Program-made: the position numbers and the translations under genes | Notes under the pieces: model-generated | Told to the model about the DNA's origin: nothing | Databases searched by the model: none | What the model saw: the letters and a program-made list of their open reading frames with translations, nothing else | NCBI GenBank assembly: GCA_020536535.1 | Contig: JAHLWZ010000417.1 | Coordinates: 1-64,000, forward strand | DNA: 64,000 bases | Direction: 5' to 3' | From: Pelomyxa schiedti | Lineage: Eukaryota > Protista > Evosea | Part shown: positions 11,859 to 23,313 of the stretch, in pieces | How the letters are laid out: each line of letters starts with the position of its first letter | How positions within the stretch are numbered: position 1 is the stretch's first letter

Positions 11859-12206
11859 CCGAAATGGTGTACTTGTGTTCGATGAGGTTGATCTAGGTGG
11901 TGGAATTGGCGAGTTTCGCAAGAGCTTCCCCGTTGATTGAAATGTCCTTGGCACGGCATTCAAAAGTAGCTGGAACACCTCTGTGTGTCCACTCGCTGCT
12001 GCACTCGCCTTGCGTGTATGGGTGGCTTCATCATGATGGGGTTGGGCTCCTGGCGAGAGTGTAGTACTCTCTAGTAGTACTGTTTCAATCAACACATTCC
12101 GGGGTCAGTGCGTAGGCAATTTTGCTTCCATTCCCGTAGTTTCTGTTTGTGTTGATTCGGAGGCCTGTGGTTAAACCCAAAACAAAAATATTATTATTAT
12201 TGGGTC

Positions 12207-12299
12207 GAGTGAGGGCAATGGGGAAATGCACCACACGAGCCAGGGGATATCCGCAACCAACACGATCGTACATCAGCCCAATCTCCTCTCACCCTCCCC
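12207..12299 (-). ncRNA. Candidate hairpin small RNA, subtype B, copy 6
   Basis: Subtype B core with one T>G change (GTGGTGCA). Confidence 0.7.
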
Positions 12300-12352
12300 A
12301 GATTTATCTTCATCATTCCCGACAAAAAAAGGGTCTTTTTTTCGGGGGAAGT

Positions 12353-12363
12353 AAATTGTGGGA
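12353..12363 (-). promoter_or_regulatory. DUSE-like element of copy 6
   Basis: AAATTGTGGGA, 64 bp from the G-run start at 12299. Confidence 0.7.
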
Positions 12364-12576
12364 TGGAAATGGTGTACCCCGCAGTCAGCCTAGTCGCGTG
12401 TGAGTTGTGTGTGGTTCCCTTTTCGGTGGTGTTGGTCTCTGTGGGACCTTCGAGGTGGTGTGGGTTCTCTTGGTAGCAAATTGTGATGCCGATCCAAATT
12501 TGGAGGCTGGCCATTTCTTTATCATTCCAAACTAAGACACGCTTTGCCGGACGTGCGTAGTGTGGAACCACCAGCC

Positions 12577-15500
12577 ATGAACCCAAACGACGGCGGCGTT
12601 GAGACGCCGACGCAGGGGACTGCGTATGTTAAACTGCAATTGAAAAAAATACGAGCAATTTAAATGAATGCAGTGCATTCAAGAAGCCAACAAACACAAA
12701 CACAATAAAAAAACAGAAGCACGGAGGCTAGTTCTTGTGGAAGTGGCACGGGAAACTCACTGGTTGTTGTTGGTGAGGCTGAGGCGACTACAGTATCGAC
12801 AAAAGTTCAGGCTGATAATGGGTGTGTTTGACTTGAATCACATAGAAGAAAGTAACTCAAATCAGAATCGCTGGTTGTGAGGGGAAAGAACAGCAGAGCA
12901 AACGGGCTTTTGGTCATACTCTCTTTCAAATTGATACGATGTGGCGAATTGTATACAGAACGCTTTTCGGGAAGCAAGACAGAAAACGGAAGCTCACAGA
13001 CATTCCAGAGGCATTCTGTGACTGCAAGAGGAAAAGGCAATCTCTCCAATGGAGGACAACATGGGCAGTTGCACACCTGATGCACTTTAAAAGTGAGCAG
13101 CTCATGTTCGTTGTGAAGATGGCAGAAGTGTTCTATCCTTTTAGCCTCGGCAAGGCGATCAAGTGGCTCCAAAGTCGAGTGGGGAGTATCTCCAACATGA
13201 TCAACGTGTGTGCCACACATGGGGCCCCGAACGTGGCCATTGGGTGCTTGCTGCCAATGTATCAATCCAGGTTTCACTGTCTTCCGAGTGTCACACCAGG
13301 TTTTTCTGCATTTTTTCTTCGTACTTGTTATTTTATGACTGACAAGTAAGTTTCCACAGGTGCATTTCTTTACGCCATTGCCCATGGACAGTCTGAGTTC
13401 CTTGATGCGTGGCAGAGGGAGGTCTCGGTCCTGCCTGCAGATGGCCTTGAGGACATGGGCGTAAAGAAGAATACGAATCACAAGAACCTCCGTGTCGCTA
13501 TTTGCATGGGAATTTCTATTGCGAGTCAATCAATGCTCGAGGCAAAAAACAAAGAAGAAGAAGAAGAAGTATCACAGCTGGAAGTGCGAACGACGCAGCT
13601 GGTCTCCACTCTTATGGTATGCACCCCGGTCAATGAGGACATCCAGCAAGTTGGAGAGTTGCTTGAAATTGCGAGTTTCACAGGAGCTTCCCCGTTGATT
13701 GAAACAATACTAGCACTCCCGCAAGGAGCCCAATTCCTTCACGATGAAGCCACCCATGCACTCAAGGCGAGTGCTTTCTGCAGTGCAGCAGCGGGTGGAC
13801 ACACAGAGGTGTTCCAACTGCTTTTGAATGCAGTGCCAAGGACGTCAACGTATTCCCTGACGAACTTCAGCACGTCGGTGCTAACATCAGCGTGCACTAC
13901 CGAGAAGAGCTTCGGTCGAACTTGCAAGGCGATCCTACGCATCGTAGCCGCTGATCCCTCACGCTGGGACAAAGCACAAATCCCAGAGGAGTTCTTGACG
14001 CGCAAATGGGCTCCTTTCGTGAAGTCCACGGTCGCGTCGGCTGCATCCCGTGCTGGGATGTGGGGCACAGTGAAAAAGATTCTCTGCCCCGAGTTCAGCG
14101 AAACCGATGAGGGCATCCAATCGAATCTCCCTGTCCTCTTGCACAACATTGCCAGGCGCAACGCCGATGATGTGGCTACACCTATTTTCGAGGAAATACT
14201 TGTACGTTGGCGAAAGCGCAACACGGCACCGCTGCCCAAAGACACTCTTTATGGGCTTCTCAACGCAGCATGCACTCGCAATAACGACGCCGTCTTCAAT
14301 TTGCTTGTCGCGCAGCCCGAGATCAGTGCCGACATCAACAGAGCCTTGTCAGAATTGCTTGTTTCCGCGTTGTCCCCAAACGTTCTGCACCACTTTCACA
14401 AGCTGTCAGAGGACTTAATTGGGATCCCCAAGGATGTTATTGCATCGATTGCAATGAAGGAAGGCTCGATTAGCCACTACTTGGTGCCACCAAAGACTTT
14501 CAAGGTGGCTGATGCTTTGCTGCCATTCATCAGGGAACAGGCCAAGGGCAATCCACAAACCGGCGACCCTGGGTTCAAGATGAACGTGGTGCTTTGGGAG
14601 TTGGTAAGGAAGGGTTGCAGTGGAGATGCGTTCCTGTGGTTGGACCAGAACAACCTCCTCACCTGGGACATGATCCAGTACCCCGTCATCTTCTTTCAAG
14701 CCCTCCTGAAGTTGCGGCCAGTGCCTAAAAAAGGGGGTTCAGATTGCTTTACCATTGGATACCGAAAGCTGAATAAACATATTCTAGGATTGCAAGGTGT
14801 CATTACTCCGGTAGCAAACTCACTGCTTTCACTCCCTGGCCTTGACTTGGAGATGGCACTTCTCAAAGCTCAAAATGTGTGGCCTGTCACGCTTTATCTG
14901 TTGAGCACCATTGACAGCGGTGACGATGACGACTACTATCTCGCTGATACGATTGCCGAGTATGTTGACAACTTCTTGACTGTACAGATGCTATCTGATG
15001 CTGTGTTCGTCGACCTGAGTTTGTCAGGAAAGTATTTCAGCATGGACGAGGTCACGACAGGGTTGCCATCCCTTTTTGACTGGCTTGTGGAAATCTGCTC
15101 CTATGAAACCATTGTGCCCAAGTTGTATGAGTTTTTCCATGACGGCGGTGGGGCAGTTCTTGCCAAACACCCCGATCGAGCAGGTGTTAAGGACTTCCAG
15201 CGAAAAGCGGCTTGTCTATTGGGAAGGATCTCTCGAGACCTTGGATCGCCTGGCTATGGAGTTCCTCACCTTCAGGGGGCTACTTTAGTCTTTCCTGGCG
15301 TTGTTAGTTGTCCAGCACAAAGGAAGCCCAAAAGGCGCTATCACGTAGCTCCCAGGAAAAGGAACCATAGCAATGCACCGGAAACAGGTGTTATACTTCC
15401 ACCCTCACAACGTGGTGGTGGTGGTGGTGGTGCTCCCAGCAGTGCCTCTGTTTCCACTCCTACCACACTCACAAGGGATAAGGATGGTTTCCTTATACCC

Positions 15501-15686
15501 CCTCTGCCCTCTGTCTTTCCCAAAAACCAGCAGTCCTCCAAAGAACCACCACCGGCAGCACTTTGTTCAAACACAGGCACCAACAAAAGTGGTGGAGAAA
15601 ATGATGATGACGACTTGGTAACTGAGACTCATGATGTGGCACCAACAGGCCCCTCTCCCAAAGTCCAGAGGCTCAACAATCCCTAA
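12577..15686 (+). CDS. Degenerate ankyrin-repeat protein, paralogue B (~950-1000 aa, 4 predicted exons)
   Basis: ATG at 12577 (MNPNDGG); in-frame GT-AG introns at ~12624-12716, ~12822-12865 and ~13290-13359; ankyrin-like AFLYAIAHGQSEFL and AFCSAAAGGHTEVFQLLL; terminal ORF of 743 aa. Confidence 0.8.
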
Positions 15687-15850
15687 AGGGCAAAAGAGAT
15701 GGTGTCGGGGGCCCGACAAAAATCAAAAATATGAAAATCAGACCTTTTTCACGAGTGAACTTGTGACCAAGTAGTCAGTCGGTCGTAGTGGCTTTGCAAT
15801 TCTAACACACATACGCCGAACGAGAACAGAAGTTGGTGGTTTGTCTTCCA

Positions 15851-15861
15851 TCCCACAATTT
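15851..15861 (+). promoter_or_regulatory. DUSE-like element of copy 7
   Basis: TCCCACAATTT 65 bp before the G-run at 15916. Confidence 0.7.
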
Positions 15862-15915
15862 AGTTCTGAGGAAGAAAGAACCCTTTTTTTATCGGGAATG
15901 ATGAAGAGACATTTT

Positions 15916-16017
15916 GGGGGGAGGGTGAGAGGAGATTGGGCTGATGTACGATCGTGTTGGTTGCGGATATCCCCTGGCTCGTGTTGTGCATTTCCCCATT
16001 GCCCTCACTCAAACCCC
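15916..16017 (+). ncRNA. Candidate hairpin small RNA, subtype B, copy 7
   Basis: Subtype B consensus core. Confidence 0.7.
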
Positions 16018-16452
16018 AAATCAATCAAACAATAAATAAAAATGCATAAATAATTTTTTTTGCTCCAATTCCTCCTCGATTTGGTATCGTGAACGCCATT
16101 GAGTTGGACGGAATGAATATATTAAGAGACATTGGTTATATATTTCTCTTTGAGTTGGATAGCACAATTTTTCTGTTAGGGGAAAATAGATTTTTCTCGT
16201 GAACAGCAGGGTTCTGGGCCCCCAGCAGTGCCCCTTGGGCAATGCTCGACAACACTCAGCAACACTACCACACACCCACGGGCAAGCAGGCCCTGTTGGT
16301 GAGATATCGAAAAAAAAAATTAAATTTCTCAGTCTTTTTTGACGGTAAAATTGTGTTATCCAACTCAAAGAGATATTATGTGGCAAACTTGGGAGTTCGT
16401 TGCTGGCCCCCTGGCATACATACAACTTTTTAAAATTCCAAAACTGGCCAGG

Positions 16453-19400
16453 TCATAGGGCACCATCGCACATTTCACAGGATGTGGCCTTGAGGGGGTT
16501 GATAAAGGTGCAACTGGGACAGGGCTTTCCTTTTGGGGCAGCCGTTTGTGTTGTTGGGGGAGGTGGCTTGGGCATTGGTGTGCTGGATAGACCGGTTCCT
16601 ATTTGTTTTTGTTAATTGGTGGTGAAAGCCCCCAGGTTGGTGGGTACCTTCAAATGCAAGTGCTCTCTTGGTGGTAGATGCCGGCGGAGCACCGCCGAGC
16701 TCTTCCATAATTGTGGGATCGTCTTCATCAAGCTGGTTGGAATGTGAGTCAATCCGGTTGATTGATGAGAAATCCGTACCTCAGCCACTGTGATTGTGCT
16801 GGTCTGAGAGACTTTGTTCTCTCCAAGGGTGCCTGTTTTCAGTTCGGTGGTTTTCCGTGTTACGGGATTAACAAATGTGAGCCGTTGCCTCACTGGCTCG
16901 ATTTCCTTGTGAGTTTGTCAAAAAAAAAAAGGTTTCTCAAGAGGAAAAGGAAACCATCTCCTGAAGAATGAGCAGTCTCAATTCCGATACTGGAGTTGTG
17001 GAACTCACTTTTATCCTTTTCACTGGACTTTGTTATGGCATGATGAGAACTTTAAAAAGCTTACTTGGTTGTGAGAGCCAAAGTCTTGAACCTGAAGCTT
17101 TTTTTTTTTTTTTTTCTTTTTTCACAAACAAACAAACAAACAAACAAACAAACAAACAAACAAACAAACAAACAAACAAACAAAAAAACTGGGCACATAG
17201 GGAGTACCTTTAGTTACTTCGAGGTACTCATCCACAAAGTTAAACTTCTCAGCCATACTTTCCTGAGCAGATTGAGAAACACACTCCTCACACAGATCCG
17301 GGGTCAGTGCGTAGTCAACTTGGCTTCCATTCCAGTATGATGAGTAGTTTCTGTTTGTATTGATTCGGAGAACTATCTTGGAGCCTTCTTTCAGGGAGTA
17401 CCTGGTATGGGATCTCAGTTTAGGAACTGCAGTTCATGTCTTCACTCACACCTCTCAACCAAAATAGAGAAAAGTTTCTCAGGGAGAATGCGAAACGGGG
17501 AAGATTCTGCATTACAACTAACAAACTGCATCGTGAAGACCTTTTCAATGACGTTGATGCCCACTTTATTGTGCTGGCAAACGAATTTACTATTGTCTAT
17601 AGGACCGGGCCGGGAGGCACTAAATTCGTTCATGATAGGAGGACATGGGAAGGTAGGTCACCTCATCGAGTCACGGGAAGAAGTGTATGAAGACCAGATC
17701 TGATACCATGCAGAAGAAACCAAGCAGTATCTTGGGTTATTTTCACATCGTGGGAGGTGTAGTGATGGGATTCTTACTGTGTTCGTTCTTGGATATCATA
17801 TGGATACCGTATGAAAGAATTTCCAATGTCAAAGTACTCGTTATTCTTTGTTTTGAAAAGTCAGAAAGGAGCTAGACAGAGGAAAACTCGCACCAGGTGG
17901 TTTGTAATGCGTACAGAATCGTTCCTCTTTCGTTCATAGTCTTTCCGACAGTCACGGCACTCAGTATCTTGGTGGTATAGAGTTTGATCTGGGCGAATTG
18001 TACCCTCACACTGTGTCAAAAAATACTCCCAAATCTTGTTTATGGCATTACTACATCAATTAAATTCTGGAAGTATTAACTTCGTCCGAAATTAGTTTGG
18101 CATTATCAAGGGGGAAAAGTTTTTTGTGCTTGCAAAGAATATCTTCAGTAAGCTGCACTACAGGAATCCTAGTGGAAGCGGATGTTTCCTTAAAACCTTC
18201 TCAAGGTAAGTGCAGAGACTAACGTCGAACGTCTTACGCTCTATAAATTTCCTGCTGATATGATACCCTTGTGAAACATACTGCGACTCAAGTCTGTGTT
18301 GCATGTCACTCTTCATCTCTTTCATCTGCTTCAAAGAATCTCTTCTGGCAATCCAGGTCTGTTAGGAATAAGCACAGTGGAGAATATATATGTATGGTAC
18401 TTCGAGGCACAGTAGACAGCAGTGCTCATGGGACAATGCAGGACCTCCACCATAAGTAGCGTGGAACATCTCCCAAACAGGCTAGCACTTCTTTAAGGGA
18501 AATACTAGAGGAAGGCAAGAGTACCACACTGATTCTCTTCATGTGTGTGGTTGCCCCTTTCTCAAGTTTGGCATTGCCATGCTCACAGACCAGAGAGGCA
18601 TTATCAATTGGAGGGATTGCTGCCTGCCCTCCTGACATCCAATTTCTTAGCCATCCAACTTCAATCCAGTGGTATTCCGTTTCAGACTGAGATGGTATTT
18701 TCTATACAGAACGTAAATGAGCTTTCGATGTCACTTGCTATACGTCATGTATTGTGGAGTATAGTTGAAGGTATGATCTTGCTGACTCCTGGTGATCCCT
18801 CTCTTCTATGGTGAGCTCATAGTATTTTTTTTCAAGCTCCACATTCTCTGCAGTAATCTGCTCTATCACTTTATGCTATTAGATTCGATTGGAAACCAAC
18901 AAAGAAACATGACAAAACAAAAGAAGTTCGTGGAGTTGTGTCAGGAATAGTATGTGACTTATTTTGGTAAAACAGCATATATGGTGTTTCGTCTGTTCGA
19001 TAACTATGTTAGCAAATAACTTTTTTTTTTGCTTCATCACTCACTTGTTTCTGTAAGAGGAGGTGGAAATTCAGGACACTGAGTTATTCGGAGATCATCA
19101 CATTTCCACCACATGTCAGTAGACCTAAAAACAAAATAAAATAAAACCCTAAAAACAAGAGGAAAATTGTACCTGTCCAGTACATAGGCAATATAGTGCC
19201 CGCCTTCAGCAAAAATTAAACGGTGTTCCAAAAAAAATTACGTCACTACCATGAATAGAAACACCAATGTGAGAAAGGACTGCAAATAACTCATAGCGGT
19301 GTGGATGTGTTGCATCTTTTTGATGGAGAGCACTGTCACTTAAAAATTCTTTCATTGACAACTTGGTTTCAATTTTTATAGAGTCCATTAACTGAGTAGT

Positions 19401-21428
19401 ATGTAAAAAAAAAGCCAAGAAAGGGAAAGAAAAAAACCTTTTCTTCCTTGGACGATTCTGTATTGAAAGAAAATCTCATCAAATGTAATTTAAGGACCTT
19501 ATCACTTCTTAGAATTCGAAGGAGCTTACAGAATAATACCCCTGGTAACCTGGAAATTCTAGTAGCACGCATAATTGTACCACGACTGCAACCACACAAA
19601 TGAAACCTAATAATAATTCTCACTTTAGGACTGCGATTCAGTAAACAAACCCACTCAATTCCTCCTCTTTGAAGTAATCATGAAGGCAACCTTGGAGGCT
19701 GTGATGTCCCTAAATGAGGATAACTACTATGTGCAAGGATGAAAGGCTCACCTTGATATTGAGTTTTATCTCGAAAAAGGGATCTTTGGAAGGCACATAT
19801 TTCCTACAATTTGTGCACTTGGTTGAGTACTCAACATAACCTGAAGTTAGGTGATTCAGGAAAAGACATGGCGGACATGGCGTCTGAAAACCTGTCACAA
19901 GATATTGAAAGGCATTTAAAAGTTCACCAGGGTGCGACTTCACAAACTGTTCCTCTATTCTCCCCATAAGGAGACTGTAAAATCTAAGTCAAGTGAGCAT
20001 AGCCCATAAAAAGATATTGATGAATTACTCGTGGGGATCCTGCTGTGTAGAAGTAGATATTTGAAGAGTAGATGCAAAGGTTTCAGGGGATAAAGACTTT
20101 TGTACAGATAATTTCATCGCTAGTAGTAGTCCCTGCAAATCGGTGCATATTTTTTTCCTCAATTCACTTAATGGGTCATCTTTTTTTGGCCCAACCTTGT
20201 AAGAGTTGAGTACATGTAATTGTACGCCATATACTTACAAGTAAAGAAGGGTCTAAGAGGAGCAGGAGGTTAAAAAGATTTGTATCTCCAAAAATGCACT
20301 GAAGAACCGAATTCATGTAGCAGGTTGAACCAAGGTTCTATTGACAGTTTAGTGGTAGGTCTTTGTATCGCTAAGAGATACCTGCAACCCAATAAAAGGA
20401 TGTGTCAGTGGACAGTCTATCTGCAATGTACTTCTTGGATTTGGTTTATGGGATGAACTTCCCTTTCGCCCACTTGGTGGAGCAGAAGAAGACACTGAAG
20501 AGGAACCTGTAGTGGAGGAACTGGCTAAATCACTCAGCTTGACCCTCAGGCCATCTTGGCAAACAATGACTGGCTTCGCTACTGATGCTGTAGGGACCAC
20601 TGCTGTGGAGGTCGTGTTGGACACAGGTTTCGTAGAGGAACTCTTTGAGAAGCGGGAGGAACTTGAGGTCAATTTTGAAAAGAGTGAGGAACTTGATGAA
20701 GTTAATGGAGTTGCTTGTGGCGTGGCAGTGGTAGTGGTAGTGGTAGTAGTAGTAGTAGCAGTAGCTTTGGCAGCTGAAGCAGCTGCAGAAGCATCAGCTG
20801 CAGCTTTTTTGTGGCGCCATCGTGAAACCAATGATGCCACTTCTTCAGCAGACACATCCTCTCCAGGAACAACCTAAGGAAAAGAATATATCAGCTCATA
20901 CTTATGGAATTTATGGAGAATGACAATTGGGTCAACAGCTAGTCCCACAAAGCAATTTGGATTTTTCGCACAGTTGACGCCTGTTTTGCGGCTGGATTCT
21001 GAAGAACTTGCCGAAGTGAAGGAAGACCCATAATTTGAGCTGTAGATGTGCTCCCAGTCTTTGCACTGTGGGTCACGAATTCGGTACACAAGGTCCATCA
21101 ATTCTCTCTCTATTTGAAAAAACCAAAATAAATTGACTGATCTTCCATAACATTTTGCCCAAAACAACAGAAACACCCACAATTCTCAGCTCGGCACAGA
21201 CAAGCCCCCAACACATAAAGTATTTGAGAACAGCAAAAAAAAAAAAAAAACCAAAACCCACTCCGCCATCAAATACATACTGGCTTCGACGGGATTGAAG
21301 TAAGATCTGGCCGAATACCCATTCCGATCGGCTGCATCGTCGGCCGTTGCACTGTGTTTGACCAAGTCAGACACCAACCGGTCGAGCCTCTCCTTTCTCC
21401 TGCCACTACTCCCATAATAGTACGACAT
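16453..21428 (-). CDS. USP48: Ubiquitin-specific protease, USP48/UBP26-like, with C-terminal UBL and RanBP2-type zinc finger
   Basis: NCAKNPNCFVGL; Cys box NLGSTCYMNSVLQ (~20295-20345); QQDPHE; His box YELFAVLSH..GHYIAY; C-terminal CPSCTFINPLKATSCEMC. Confidence 0.85.
17124..17185. repeat. (AAAC)n microsatellite in an intron
   Basis: About 14 AAAC units; collapsed to about 2 in the duplicate near 1426. Confidence 0.9.
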
Positions 21429-21606
21429 CAGGCGTGCCTATCCACCAATGTGCAACTGTCTCCGAGATAGTAGTGCTAGTCACTGGTTTCTTGGTTGTGT
21501 GCCTTGTATTTGGGTGTCACAAAACGGTCAGGTTGGTGGAAGAAGAACTTTTAATTTGTTTGTTTTTCAGAAAAAGCGTTCTCGTAAGTGGGGTTTTTTT
21601 TTTTCA

Positions 21607-23069
21607 TCAGACTGAGGACAGAGGAGACTGGGAGTTGGCGAGGGTGATGGAGTGGAGGAGAAGGTCCCAGAATTTGGGCACGTTGACTGACCTGGCAACG
21701 AGGACGTTTTTGGGCTTATGGGACATTCCGTAGATATCACAGATAGTCTCACCAGCACACAAATCACTGCTGGTTTCTATATCTACTCTCATCTTGGTTG
21801 TGGTAAATAGTCCGGGATCAATCACATAGGCTACAGCAAGAGGGTCTTGATTTTTTTATTTTGTTGTGTTTGTTTGTGTTTTGTTCTCACTGTTAGCACT
21901 GTGATATATATGTTTTGGTGGGTGCAGCTTACCGTGAAGGGGAGGGAAGTCGAAGCCAAATACGGTTTTATATGATTCTGAAAAGAACATCAAGAGTTCT
22001 CCAAGGAAAGCAGAGTACGTTGTGCCCAGTTGAACAATCCGCTGCTTGACTTCGGGCGTAACAAGAACCTGTGACAGGTGAGCATCTCAAGTGGCAAAAT
22101 CAATTCGTACAGTATGGCTGACATCAATGGGAACCATTACAATATCGACTCCTGATTCGAAAACCATCCTTGCAGCCTCTGGATCAACCTGGTATGTGGT
22201 CTGTAAGAGATAATATATGCAAGGAATCTAACAAGAATGTTGAATTCGGCTGAGGGTGTAATGTTACCGCATCCTATTGCGCCTCCTAATGAATTTACTA
22301 TTACGGGTGAAGAATAAAAAATAAGAGGATGCACCCAAGAGTACTATTTTTTCGATATGCTCCTTGCACTCTGGAAACAGTGATAAAAGTAATGCTACAT
22401 TCGTGAGACAGGCTGTAGCCACAAGAATAATTGGTTCGGGTGAGGCCAGAATTACATCAGCCATATCTAACAAAGGTGATCCTTACAAAACATATGGCTT
22501 TGCATCTGTCATACGCAATACAGCTTTTTTGGCTAGAGGGAGCTTTGTGGGAGGGGGAAGTTTGAAGTTGCTATCCAGCCCCGAAATTCCGTGTATCTCA
22601 GGACAAATACGAGATGGTCTCATCAGAGGGAATGCCTGACCCTTAACAACATCTGTACGGAGTCACATTTTGGTAAGGTAAGTGGAAATACAAGGTCTAT
22701 ACACTGGCTCACATTCTCGCATACATACCGACATTTATACCAGATAACTCGCACATCCGCAGAGCATTGCGAGTGGTATTTTCGACGGTTTGGTTTCCTG
22801 CCACAGTAGAAATTCCCAGCAGTTCTATAGCCTCATTTGTCCCTGGTTGTGTACAACACAAATTAATTTTTAAAAATGTGTACGAGTTAGAAACAAAATA
22901 AATGCGAGTCTCGTTCAAACCTGCTAGAATGATTGCGAATGCATCGTCGTGACCTGTTGGAATTCAGCTTTTACTTCTAGGTCCTCAAAACAAACAGAGG
23001 CCCCTGAAAGACAAACGTACCAGGGTCGCAATCTAGCCACACCTTGCGCCTATGTGGGGTGCTGGACAT
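21607..23069 (-). CDS. Inosine/uridine-preferring nucleoside hydrolase
   Basis: VWLDCDPGHDDAFAI, ISTVAGNQTVENTTRNA, IHGISGL, GNITPSAEFNILVDPEA, PPLHDPLAV. Confidence 0.92.
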
Positions 23070-23313
23070 GAGCCGTAGAGTGATTTATGGGAAGGTCCTG
23101 TGTGTTGTCGCCTCTCTGGTGGTTCCCAGGAGTCCCAAAGGCTCCCAAACGAAGGAAATATCCCAAGTGTGCATTCTCCCATCGTCAACCAACTCGGTAC
23201 CTCTCACTCACAGACCCCCAGGGAGGATTCACTGAACGAAGTGTTGAACTATTTCTATTTAGGGAGACCGAGAGATGTTGCGCACACGGGGTATTGACTA
23301 CCGAGACAATTGA

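Larger units (their letters stand above)
11400..12165. other. Mosaic of gene fragments (USP48 3' end, TMEM94 3' end, ankyrin-cassette gene, USP48 internal) around RNA copy 5
   Basis: ~11413-11560 resembles 750-1005 with deletions; ~11561-11690 is the reverse complement of ~2085-2225; ~11900-12092 resembles 13665-13845 in both orientations; ~12095-12162 resembles 17295-17370. Confidence 0.75.

Noticed and set aside
478-16017. Repeats as a CRISPR array, tRNA, 5S, SRP or spliceosomal snRNA
   Set aside because: The copies are dispersed and inverted with no spacers; there is no cloverleaf or A/B box, no GNRA helix 8 motif and no U-snRNA signature.
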